DNA from: an uncultured Lachnospiraceae bacterium
GTDB lineage: Bacteria; Bacillota; Clostridia; Lachnospirales; Lachnospiraceae
NCBI GenBank assembly: GCA_946628415.1
Contig: CAMOWK010000011.1
Coordinates: 9,927-73,926 of the forward strand
Reading direction: 5' to 3'
Length of the DNA: 64,000 nucleotides
Shown: piece by piece, positions 10,346 to 19,127 of the stretch
How positions within the stretch are numbered: position 1 is the stretch's first letter
How the letters are laid out: each line of letters begins with the position of its first letter
Notes under the pieces: generated by a model
Told to the model about the DNA's origin: nothing
The model's input: only the letters and a program-made list of their open reading frames with translations
The model's database searches: none
Translations under genes and position numbers: made by a program

Positions 10346-11359
10346 TCATTTTAAAATAAAAGAATAGGGAGCTTCTTTTAATGTCCGGACAGTAATGCCT
10401 TTTTCCTCAAAATGCCGTTTTAAGAGATATGCATCATAACTTCCTTCCGTATCCTCTATGATGTATGAAGGTGAATCCATAAATGCAACACTTGGATCAA
10501 CAATGTCATAAAATTCTGCTGTCAGTCCCCAGTTACCATGATGTCCGCACTGAACGTAGTCAGCCTTAAGTTTTTCTTCATTTCCGGGAACTATAAACTG
10601 TTCCATCTCCTTCTGCACATCAGCACAGAAAAGCATGCTCTCTTCTTCACCGGAAATTTTGAACATGATCGAGCCATCATTACACTGATTATTTTCAAAT
10701 GTATCTACATTCTCATCCCATGAACTTATGACCTCCATCTTAAGTCCAAGAATGTCGTAAACATCACCGGGATTTACATATGTGATATTATCCACAGTCT
10801 CCGCATATTCCTTAAACTTATAGTATGTGGAGATGCCGTCATAATCCTTTGCGCTTTTTTCATAAGCCTCATCATGAACCGGCGTTGCATAAATCCTGTC
10901 AATCTTAATCTTTTCTCTAAGGTCATCCTGCTCCATTATCGCATTAAATGCACCGATGTGATCATAGTGAGGATGAGTGATTATCCATGCCGAAACATGC
11001 CATCCATAATCTCTTATCTGACATGCTACGTCATTATAGGTTTCACCCCATCCGCCATCTATCACAACAAGATTCCCTTTGGAATCGACAATGGTATAAA
11101 ACATCATCTGAGGCTTATCATCGCCTCCATACTGGGTAATAAGCCACCCTTCTTTCGGAATTTCTCCTCTTATCCTGAGCTTCACCCAAAGAAGCAGCAG
11201 CACTCCGGCAGATAAAATCAGCAGTGCGGTAACCAGCAGTATTTTCCTTACACCGATACGTTTCTTTATCGTTTGCTTCTGTCCCGTACTATCTTCTTCT
11301 GTTTTTATCTTTTCTATTTGATTCGTTTCTTTATTGGCCGTTTCTATATTCTCAGTCAT
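10346..11359 (-). CDS. Membrane-anchored metallo-beta-lactamase-fold hydrolase (ComEC/Pce-like phosphoesterase)
   Basis: N-terminal TM helix; VIDGG, THPHYDHIG (HxHxDH), NDGSI, LFCAD, GHHG motifs. Confidence 0.85.
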   Translation of the reverse strand: MTENIETANKETNQIEKIKTEEDSTGQKQTIKKRIGVRKILLVTALLILSAGVLLLLWVKLRIRGEIPKEGWLITQYGGDDKPQMMFYTIVDSKGNLVVIDGGWGETYNDVACQIRDYGWHVSAWIITHPHYDHIGAFNAIMEQDDLREKIKIDRIYATPVHDEAYEKSAKDYDGISTYYKFKEYAETVDNITYVNPGDVYDILGLKMEVISSWDENVDTFENNQCNDGSIMFKISGEEESMLFCADVQKEMEQFIVPGNEEKLKADYVQCGHHGNWGLTAEFYDIVDPSVAFMDSPSYIIEDTEGSYDAYLLKRHFEEKGITVRTLKEAPYSFILK

Positions 11360-11400
11360 GCTTTATCCGAATCCTCTTCCAAAAGTTTCATTTTATACAA

Positions 11401-13146
11401 TTAATCTCTGACCTTTATGTGTGTCTCGCGAAGCTGCATCTCTGTAACTTCTCCCGGGGCTCCTGTCATCAGATCCTGCCCGGTTCCACTCATAGGGAAT
11501 GCAATAACCTCACGGATATTCTCTTCATTTCTAAGAAGCATTATCATACGGTCAACTCCCGGTGCCATACCTGCATGTGGAGGCGCACCAAACTGGAATG
11601 CATGGTAAAGAGCTCCAAATTTCTGCTCAAGTATCTCTTTAGAATACCCTGCTATTTCAAACGCCTTTTCCATAATCTGCATATCATGATTACGGACAGC
11701 TCCACTTGAAAGCTCAACACCGTTACAAACTATATCGTACTGGTATGCCAGGATATCAAGCGGATCCTTTTCGTTCAGAGCCTCAAGTCCACCCTGTGGC
11801 ATTGAAAAAGGATTGTGTGTAAATGCAGGTTTCTTTGTCTCTTCATCAAGCTCATACATAGGGAAGTCATTGATATAGCAGAAACGATAAGCATTCTTCT
11901 CGAGAAGATCGAGTCTGTTTCCAAGTTCATTTCTTATCTGGCCTGCATAAAGATTTGCAAGATTCTCTTTATCAGCGATAAAGAAAATTGTATCACCAAC
12001 GTTTAGACCTGCGAGTGTTCTAAGTTCTTCCTTCATATCATCCGGAATAAATTTATCGATAGGTCCCTTATAGCTTCCGTCTTCAAGCACCTCAAGATAT
12101 CCAAGTCCGCCCATTCCGATTCCCTGTGCGAATTTGAGCATCTTCTCATGCTGACCTTTACTGAGCTTCTTATGTGCATTTATAGCACGAACTGTCTTTC
12201 CGTGGAAAGGCTTAAATGTACATCTCTGGAAAAATTCCGAAAGATCTATAATCTTAAGTGGATTACGAAGGTCAGGCTTATCTGTACCATAAGTAAGCAT
12301 AGCCTCCTTGTAGCTTATTACAGGGAAAGGTGCTTCCGTAACTGTATATCCCTTTGGAGCGAATTCTTTAAATGTATCATAAAGAACTTCTTCGCCCACT
12401 TTAAATACATCTTCTTCTGTAGCAAAACTCATCTCAAAATCCAGCTGATAGAATTCTCCCGGAGAACGATCGGCTCTTGCGTCCTCATCTCTGAAACAAG
12501 GTGCTATCTGGAAGTACTTATCAAAACCTGACACCATAAGAAGCTGCTTAAACTGCTGAGGAGCCTGTGGAAGCGCATAGAACTTCCCCTTATAACGGCG
12601 TGATGGAATTATATAATCTCTTGCGCCTTCAGGACTTGATGCAGCAAGTATAGGAGTCTGGATTTCAACGAATCCCATATCCTCCATCTTTCTTCTCAGA
12701 TATGAAATAACCTTGGATCTAAAGAGGATGTTCGCCTTAACCTTATCATTTCTGAGATCAAGATATCTGTATTTCAGTCTTACGTCCTCACGCACCTCTT
12801 TTGAAGTAACGACTTCAAACGGAAGATCTGTATAAACCCTTCCAAGAATGTCTATGGAATGAGCTTCAAGCTCTATAGTCCCCGTAGGGATTTTAGGATT
12901 ATAGGTTTCTTCATCACGATGCTCAACAAGGCCTTCAACCGAGATGGCTTCTTCTCTCCTTATCCCCTCAAGAAGACTTGTATCACGAAGAACAACCTGC
13001 ATAACTCCATACATATCACGAAGGTCTATAAATGAAACGCCGCCGTGATCACGAATGTTCTCAACCCAGCCGGCAAGGCGTACGTTTTTTCCAACGTCAC
13101 CTTCAGTCATCTTATCAATCGTTCTGTCTCTGTAAATGTTTCCCAT
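11401..13146 (-). CDS. aspS: Aspartate-tRNA ligase, probably non-discriminating (Asp/Asn)
   Basis: RDHGGVSFIDLRD, RLKYRYLDLR, LPQAPQQFKQLLM, CFRDEDARADR, FQFGAPPHAGMAPG; clustered with gatCAB under an Asn T-box. Confidence 0.96.
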   Translation of the reverse strand: MGNIYRDRTIDKMTEGDVGKNVRLAGWVENIRDHGGVSFIDLRDMYGVMQVVLRDTSLLEGIRREEAISVEGLVEHRDEETYNPKIPTGTIELEAHSIDILGRVYTDLPFEVVTSKEVREDVRLKYRYLDLRNDKVKANILFRSKVISYLRRKMEDMGFVEIQTPILAASSPEGARDYIIPSRRYKGKFYALPQAPQQFKQLLMVSGFDKYFQIAPCFRDEDARADRSPGEFYQLDFEMSFATEEDVFKVGEEVLYDTFKEFAPKGYTVTEAPFPVISYKEAMLTYGTDKPDLRNPLKIIDLSEFFQRCTFKPFHGKTVRAINAHKKLSKGQHEKMLKFAQGIGMGGLGYLEVLEDGSYKGPIDKFIPDDMKEELRTLAGLNVGDTIFFIADKENLANLYAGQIRNELGNRLDLLEKNAYRFCYINDFPMYELDEETKKPAFTHNPFSMPQGGLEALNEKDPLDILAYQYDIVCNGVELSSGAVRNHDMQIMEKAFEIAGYSKEILEQKFGALYHAFQFGAPPHAGMAPGVDRMIMLLRNEENIREVIAFPMSGTGQDLMTGAPGEVTEMQLRETHIKVRD

Positions 13147-13227
13147 TTTCCTTTAATCTCCTTATAATCATTCGCAGTAATAGTAAGCTATATACCGGTT
13201 TCTACATTTATTCCCCGGCATATAAAT

Positions 13228-13312
13228 CGAGTAGGGCAGATGTAATCGCACCCTGCTCGCCCGCGAGCCGCCGGTCAGCTTTAGCTGACAACTTCCTTTC
13301 GGCGGCTCTGCG
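13228..13312. repeat. GC-rich multi-hairpin element (REP/MITE-like) in the aspS leader
   Basis: Hairpin CGAGTAGGG/CCCTGCTCG (13228-13259). Stem GAGCCGCCG (13265-73)/CGGCGGCTC (13300-08) enclosing GTCAGCT-TT-AGCTGAC. Flanks are AT-rich. Only one copy in the window. Confidence 0.5.
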
Positions 13313-13318
13313 ATATTA

Positions 13319-13595
13319 AAAATCCCGGAACAGAAAAATCTGTCCCGGGACGAATAAACTAATGTTTATCCGCGGTACCACCCGCGTTTTGAACTATCAG
13401 TCTGACTGATAATCCCTCTTAAATATGCATATCGAGCATAACCCGCTGTGTTCTACTTGGATGAAAAGTCATAACTTTTATTCCGTTCTTCACAGAGCTC
13501 AGGAGTGTTCCAATATCACGCGTCTTACTGCTGTCTCTCAGTCTATGAACAGCATTCCCTGTAGCAGCGTTTGTAATATAAGTCTCCATCAAAGC
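13319..13595 (-). promoter_or_regulatory. T-box riboswitch with Asn (AAC) specifier, upstream of aspS-gatCAB
   Basis: Minus strand: Stem I GCTTTGATGGAG...AGGGAA...CTGAGAG...GG-AAC-ACTCCTGAGC (13595-13497; AAC at 13509-13507). T-box AACGCGGGTGGTACCGCGG with antiterminator partner CGTCCC. Terminator TCCCGGGACAGA-ttt-TCTGTTCCGGGA-TTTTT. Confidence 0.92.
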
Positions 13596-13606
13596 CACTG
13601 TGCCAT

Positions 13607-13635
13607 AGTATAGTTCATCAAAAAGATTTTGTAAA
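13607..13635 (-). promoter_or_regulatory. Sigma-A-type promoter for the T-box leader
   Basis: TTTACA (13635-13630), 17 bp, TATACT (13612-13607), 11 nt before Stem I. Confidence 0.7.
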
Positions 13636-13689
13636 GCGCTTATTCGGCAATTTTCACATTTCCCAGTTCACGCTTAAAGATTTTTAAAA

Positions 13690-14589
13690 CTACAATCTGT
13701 TTAACAAAAACAAAATCCTTAATGAGATTTCATCAGTAACATTTCTCCTAAGCCTTCGTGGGAAAAAAAGTTTTGGTATAATCGACTTAAAATAGCTGTC
13801 ACATGTAAAAAGATCAACCAGACTTTTATCATAATCCGACAATTCGTTATAAAAAACGGACTTAATTTCCTTTAAAATCATTTTATAACTCTTAAGGCTG
13901 TTTCCAAGAATAAACTGCTTAAATCGCCAAATGAACATACCGCAAAATGACATATTGCTGCTTGTAACAGTCGATTCATGCCGTCTATAAAGAGCAAGCG
14001 GCTCACTATCTGTTACTATCCTTCCACATCCGGCAAAATACATAGCCATCCATGTTCCACGGCCTCCACACTTAATCGGAAGATTGCTCAGCAGGTTTTC
14101 TCTTGCTTTTTTGGTAAGCGCCATTGTAAACTCAAGCCCCGGAACTTCAAAAAGTACATTTACAAGTCTTTGTCTGTTCCTAATATCAGGGGATATAGAC
14201 ACTTTATTAAGACCACTGTCACAAATTACATATCGGCTGTAGTAACATACATTCTTATTCTTAAATTTTCTGAGTTTTTCTACCGCCTTCTCCACCTTTT
14301 GTGGCAGCCAATAGTCATCCTGATCAGCAAAGAAATAGTAATCTGCTTCTATATCATCTTTAAAAAGACTCCAGAAACAATCCGGATAACCCAACCTGCT
14401 TCCCTTTATAATATGCACTCTGCTATCATCAGCATATGAATCAAGTATTTTCAATGTACCATCACTTGACCCATCGTCCCTTATATAGAGCTCAAGATTT
14501 TTATATGTTTGATTCAAAATACTGTCTATCTGCTCTCTTACATATTTTTCCCCGTTGTAAGTAGCCATTAGGACAACGGCCTTATCCAT
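13690..14589 (-). CDS. GT2 glycosyltransferase (rhamnosyltransferase-like)
   Basis: VLMATYNGEKY, IRDDGSSDGT, YFFADQDDYW, LALYRRH. Confidence 0.88.
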   Translation of the reverse strand: MDKAVVLMATYNGEKYVREQIDSILNQTYKNLELYIRDDGSSDGTLKILDSYADDSRVHIIKGSRLGYPDCFWSLFKDDIEADYYFFADQDDYWLPQKVEKAVEKLRKFKNKNVCYYSRYVICDSGLNKVSISPDIRNRQRLVNVLFEVPGLEFTMALTKKARENLLSNLPIKCGGRGTWMAMYFAGCGRIVTDSEPLALYRRHESTVTSSNMSFCGMFIWRFKQFILGNSLKSYKMILKEIKSVFYNELSDYDKSLVDLFTCDSYFKSIIPKLFFPRRLRRNVTDEISLRILFLLNRL

Positions 14590-14617
14590 TTTATAAATCC
14601 TCTTAATCTATAGCGTA

Positions 14618-16156
14618 TTATTTTGCAATTCTGCCCTCTTTTTTACCATAATTAATATAATGCAGATAATACTGTTTATTATCAGAGCCAAATGCCCTTC
14701 GAAGGTCAATATATCTTGACCTGTATGCATTTAGATTAAAGTCCGGCTTTGCCTGACGTCCTTCCTTCATTCCATAATTTACGAAATGCTGCAAGGTTGC
14801 TATATCGTCATTCCCGAAAGCCTTTTTTATATCAGGATATCTGCTTGTGTAATAGTAGTAATCATATACGGAGCTGTAATCAACGCCATTCATTTTAGTT
14901 ACGGCATTTTTAACCGATTTGGTTCCCGTTGCCTTTCTTCCTTCATTGTAACCATATCTATTATAATGCTCATAATACTTAGCTAAGTCATTTCCAAAAG
15001 CAAGTCTGAGATCCTGATATGCATACTTATAGGAATATACATCAAATGTATCGCTGGACTTTCTGCCTTCCTTCATGCCGTACTCATTGAAATGCTTAAT
15101 GTACTTCTCATTATCATTACCAAAAGCCTTCACAAGATCAGCATTATTCTTTTTATATGTGCTTATATTAAATACTGCGCTTCCCTGTCTTCCTTCTGAA
15201 AGGCCATAACTCTCGTAATGCTTTGTAAGTTTTTCAGCATTTGAACCGAATGCTCTTCTAAGATCTGTATACTTGGCAGCATAGAAGCTTGTATTAAGTG
15301 TAGGTCCGAATGCCGGAAGTGCTCCAAGTCTTCCTTCCTTTTTACCGTAATTCACAAAGTGTGCCAAATACTTAAAATTATTACTTCCGTAAGCTCTTCT
15401 AAGATCTGCATTGGCTGACTTATAGTAATTAACATTAAAATCAGCTGAAGCCTGACGGCCTTCTTTTATCCCATATGCTATCCAGTGAACCTTAAGGAAT
15501 GTATCATTCATACTCCTGAGATCTGCATATTTGTTTCTGTAGTAAACCGGATCAAAAACCGCTGAGCCGAGATATGTCTTATTTGTAAACCACGGATTAC
15601 CTGCTGACCATCTGTCAGTAGGATCCCAGTCTCTAAACGGTGATGGACATGGACCTATCTTTGGGTTTTTAGGTTTCCCAAGCGGTCCGGTTGAAGAGCT
15701 TGCCATTACCGTCACAGGCGTTCCATCAGGGCAATTATCATATATATACTTTGCCCCTTCAACATTGAGCCTTACACATCCATGTGAAGCATTCTGACCA
15801 AGTATATCGTAATCTGCAGTATAAACAGACCCAGCATCGCCAAACCTTGCACAAGGTACTGAATGAAACAATACTGAGCCAACAATACGGTTTGTATACT
15901 GCCCCGCCGAATTAAGAAGATGTCCCCATCTGGCTCTTCCGGACAGTCTGAATGTTCCATGAGGAGTTGCTGTTTCAGCCCTTCCCGCTGAACAAATGAG
16001 TGACTTAACCGCGGCACCATTCTTGTATATGGTAACAACATTTGACTGTGTGTTAACATATATATGCCAGCCACCGGCTGCTTCAGCTTTTAAATCCGGA
16101 ATAAAGCTTAACAGCATTGCACATACAATTATAAGCGATAATAGTTTTCTTTTCAT
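14618..16156 (-). CDS. Secreted L,D-transpeptidase (YkuD) with seven C-terminal ~40-aa 'Y.DL..AFG...HY..YG.KEGR' repeats
   Basis: Signal peptide MKRKLLSLIIVCAMLLSF..AEA; IYVNTQSNVVTIY, TPHGTF, LFHSVP, SHGCVRL (catalytic H/C). An alternative GTG start lies at 16165. Confidence 0.88.
   Translation of the reverse strand: MKRKLLSLIIVCAMLLSFIPDLKAEAAGGWHIYVNTQSNVVTIYKNGAAVKSLICSAGRAETATPHGTFRLSGRARWGHLLNSAGQYTNRIVGSVLFHSVPCARFGDAGSVYTADYDILGQNASHGCVRLNVEGAKYIYDNCPDGTPVTVMASSSTGPLGKPKNPKIGPCPSPFRDWDPTDRWSAGNPWFTNKTYLGSAVFDPVYYRNKYADLRSMNDTFLKVHWIAYGIKEGRQASADFNVNYYKSANADLRRAYGSNNFKYLAHFVNYGKKEGRLGALPAFGPTLNTSFYAAKYTDLRRAFGSNAEKLTKHYESYGLSEGRQGSAVFNISTYKKNNADLVKAFGNDNEKYIKHFNEYGMKEGRKSSDTFDVYSYKYAYQDLRLAFGNDLAKYYEHYNRYGYNEGRKATGTKSVKNAVTKMNGVDYSSVYDYYYYTSRYPDIKKAFGNDDIATLQHFVNYGMKEGRQAKPDFNLNAYRSRYIDLRRAFGSDNKQYYLHYINYGKKEGRIAK
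14621..15556 (-). repeat. Seven protein-level repeats F(D/N)..YY...Y.DL...(F/Y)G....L..H(F/Y)..YG..EGR
   Basis: Seven EGR-terminated units counted in the translation. Confidence 0.85.
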
Positions 16157-16200
16157 CCGACGCACCCCATTTCTGATATACTGCTACTACTATTTATATC

Positions 16201-16959
16201 TTAATTCAAATAATTTGACAATCTTCTTTTTATATCACTTGAACATATCCTCGGTGTCCTTGATAGCCCTACTACTTCCCTGCCATTTTCATTACACCAT
16301 TTAACAGCCCTCTTAAAGCCATCATGAGTCTGATCTCCACCTATGGCAAAAATATCAAAATCTTCTTTTGGTAAACTGGTATCAACATCCCGGTATACCA
16401 CTACCTCATCAACAACCTTGAATGCAGAGACCATATTGATTCTTTCCTGAGTCGTATAAAAAATATCTGCATTCGGTTTTGTCTTGAGTATAAAGTCACC
16501 ATCCTGCACCGCTACAACCAGATAGTCACCGTACTTCTTTGCATTTTCAAAAAGTATGAGATGCCCATAATGAAAGAAGTCAAAAACGCCAACCGTAATA
16601 ACAGTTTTCTGAGGCCTTGGCTTTGAAGTCATTTTATTACGAAGTAAGGGTTCTGTAGTACCCCCCCTACCCATCAAATCCAGATCAAAATACTTATCAA
16701 TCTCATATCCGACAGGTTCTTCTGTACCTTTTACTAAAAATGCATCATCGACTGCTTCAAGTCCCTTTATCAGTTTTAATCGCATATCCTCCGGATATAT
16801 GATTTCTTCGTCAGAAATAGTTTTAGCATATTCATCATCAAAAACACCAATTATCAGTTTTTCACATGCAGCCTTACATTTTTCAATCAGTTTTAGATTT
16901 CCCAGATGAAATACATCAAACACTCCACTAATATAGCCCGTGTGGTATTGTTTTTCCAT
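16201..16959 (-). CDS. Tandem TagD-like cytidylyltransferase; N-terminal domain degenerate
   Basis: Domain 1 SGVFDVFHLGN (HxGH changed to HxGN). Domain 2 VGVFDFFHYGH intact, C-terminal SRTPRICSSDIK. Confidence 0.85.
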   Translation of the reverse strand: MEKQYHTGYISGVFDVFHLGNLKLIEKCKAACEKLIIGVFDDEYAKTISDEEIIYPEDMRLKLIKGLEAVDDAFLVKGTEEPVGYEIDKYFDLDLMGRGGTTEPLLRNKMTSKPRPQKTVITVGVFDFFHYGHLILFENAKKYGDYLVVAVQDGDFILKTKPNADIFYTTQERINMVSAFKVVDEVVVYRDVDTSLPKEDFDIFAIGGDQTHDGFKRAVKWCNENGREVVGLSRTPRICSSDIKRRLSNYLN

Positions 16960-17003
16960 GTTCTATAACTCCATTAAACACTTAATATCTTATGTATTAC
17001 AAT

Positions 17004-17876
17004 CTAGCAATCCTCATCATCAATAAACTCTGTACCATCAAGATATTTTATATACTTTGCCGCCTGATTCCACCTCTTCGACTCTGGAGGTAGTGTCATA
17101 TAGTCATCTCCGTAAAAATGACTGAGTATTTCTTTGTAGCCTACCGGAATTGGCATGGCAGTATCTTCGAATTCAGAATCTATAAGTTTTGAAAACCATT
17201 TTTTCTTATAGATTTCAAAACTGTCTACACATGTAAGCACATATCCGGTTTCCTTATTCTCATATTTTAACATAGTTTTGTTAAAATAATCAGATAGTTT
17301 TTTGGGAGTAATCCCAAATATTTTACACAAATGCTTTATAAATACCTTTGCCAGATATTTGAACTGTCCGGGTAATCCTTTTTCAAAAACCACTGTCTTT
17401 TCACATGATGTAACCGTATACAAAGCCTTTATGATTTTGATTTTAGTATCAATATTATGAAGTATATTATTATCAGCAGGTATATTGTAATAAGGGAATA
17501 TTTCGACAAATATACCCATATCGTCCATTCCGCTTTCCTTTGCGAGACGCGTTACAAATCTGGAATTCTTATAATAGAATTTCGGAATAATTATATAATA
17601 ACCGCCGGGAGTCACTGAAGGAGCATAAAAGCCGTACTCATCAAATTCCTCCTTCGGTATACTGAGGAATTTTATATAATCACTGTAAAACATTCCTATA
17701 TCCATATCATCGTCCCAGGGTATAAAGCCCTTATGCCTTACCGCCCCCAGCAGCGTTCCTGAAATGGCAAAAAATTTAATATCATACTTTTCACATAGAC
17801 TGCGAAATTTATTATATACAGTTATTATATCTCCATGAAGCTTTTTTAAATCTTCTTCATTATACTTCTTGTACAT
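17004..17876 (-). CDS. LicD-family nucleotidyl/phosphotransferase
   Basis: SGTLLGAVRHKGFIPWDDDMDIG, IFVEIFPY, FEDTAMPIP, YGDDYMTLPP. Confidence 0.92.
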   Translation of the reverse strand: MYKKYNEEDLKKLHGDIITVYNKFRSLCEKYDIKFFAISGTLLGAVRHKGFIPWDDDMDIGMFYSDYIKFLSIPKEEFDEYGFYAPSVTPGGYYIIIPKFYYKNSRFVTRLAKESGMDDMGIFVEIFPYYNIPADNNILHNIDTKIKIIKALYTVTSCEKTVVFEKGLPGQFKYLAKVFIKHLCKIFGITPKKLSDYFNKTMLKYENKETGYVLTCVDSFEIYKKKWFSKLIDSEFEDTAMPIPVGYKEILSHFYGDDYMTLPPESKRWNQAAKYIKYLDGTEFIDDEDC

Positions 17877-19119
17877 TTCTATCCCCTTTTTCTATATTAT
17901 GAACATCAAACAGCAGCATAACTATAAGAATAATCATAAGAAGAACTTCCGCGATAACCTGTGAATAACTGCCGCCATTTGGTCCAAATGCCGATATAAG
18001 CGGTCTGTTTATGACAAAATTCAGTATAAAAGAAATCGTCACTGCGATCAGTAGCTGAACAGACTTTCTTATAGCAATCAGCATCCCTGCAAAAAACCAG
18101 ACTGCAGCAGCGAAAAATGTGCACCATATAAGCGGAATCAGGTATTCATCGTGAGCTGCTATAGATGGATTATATAAAAGCTCAAGTCCCCAGTGTCCAA
18201 GCAGATATCCCCCAATATTCAGCACAACAAATGCTGCAACTATTATGAGTGATATCTTTTTTATATATCCGATAAATTTTTCTTTATTCCCATCAAAAAA
18301 GGTTCTTGCTATTCCCGGTATAAACGGCGAATATATAACACTCGCTGTAAGCTGAATAATGACTGTAGGTGATGCGACAGTTGAATAAATACCCAATTCC
18401 TCAATGCCACACTTTTGTTTTATACTCACCCTCACAACTGTGGCAAAAGAAGAAGCCATGAAGTAATAAACTACAAGACCTGCGCATGATTTAAGAAGCT
18501 TAATTATCCTTGCATCATATTTAACCTTCCCAATTCCTGCTATGTTCCTTGTCTGCTTCTTATCATAAAATTGAAATACAAGCCAGTCACTGAGAGCTAT
18601 AAAAATAAAGGTGATATACATTTCTCTTGTCAGTAAAAAAACAACTACAAATGAGGCAAGCTGCAGCGTTCCTCTCATAATATAAGATTTACCAATTATA
18701 TCAAAACGCCAATTTGTCTGCAGCACTCCCTGATAAACATCTTCAGCTGACTCAACTATTCTCATACACATATATATGAGAATACATATAATCTCCATTG
18801 GAGATGTACATACAATGACAGAATAGACTACACATGCTATATATGCAACTGCGCACGTAATCCGCCTGCTCATTATATAATCTTCGTTAGAATAAACCTT
18901 TGTTATATCGGAAATCTGAAAGCTCCTCATCCCAAAAGAAGCTATACTGGCAAATGAATTGGTTACTGACATTGCAAGTCCGAGCATCCCTACAGGCCAA
19001 TAGTTATCTTTTGACATATATACTATCAAAACTGTCATCAACCATTGACAAAAGGAAAAATATACATTTCCCACCGTATTCCACATAATACTCTTTTTCA
19101 TTAAAGCATTACTTTCCAT
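17860..19119 (-). CDS. Wzx-type polysaccharide flippase
   Basis: About 12 TM helices; N-terminal SIMWNTVGNVY, ELGIYST; located within the polysaccharide locus. Confidence 0.8.
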   Translation of the reverse strand: MESNALMKKSIMWNTVGNVYFSFCQWLMTVLIVYMSKDNYWPVGMLGLAMSVTNSFASIASFGMRSFQISDITKVYSNEDYIMSRRITCAVAYIACVVYSVIVCTSPMEIICILIYMCMRIVESAEDVYQGVLQTNWRFDIIGKSYIMRGTLQLASFVVVFLLTREMYITFIFIALSDWLVFQFYDKKQTRNIAGIGKVKYDARIIKLLKSCAGLVVYYFMASSFATVVRVSIKQKCGIEELGIYSTVASPTVIIQLTASVIYSPFIPGIARTFFDGNKEKFIGYIKKISLIIVAAFVVLNIGGYLLGHWGLELLYNPSIAAHDEYLIPLIWCTFFAAAVWFFAGMLIAIRKSVQLLIAVTISFILNFVINRPLISAFGPNGGSYSQVIAEVLLMIILIVMLLFDVHNIEKGDRNVQEV

Positions 19120-19127
19120 ATGTATTC

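Noticed and set aside
10346-11359. Call as competence protein ComEC
   Set aside because: Only the MBL domain is present; the multi-TM competence channel and OB domain are absent
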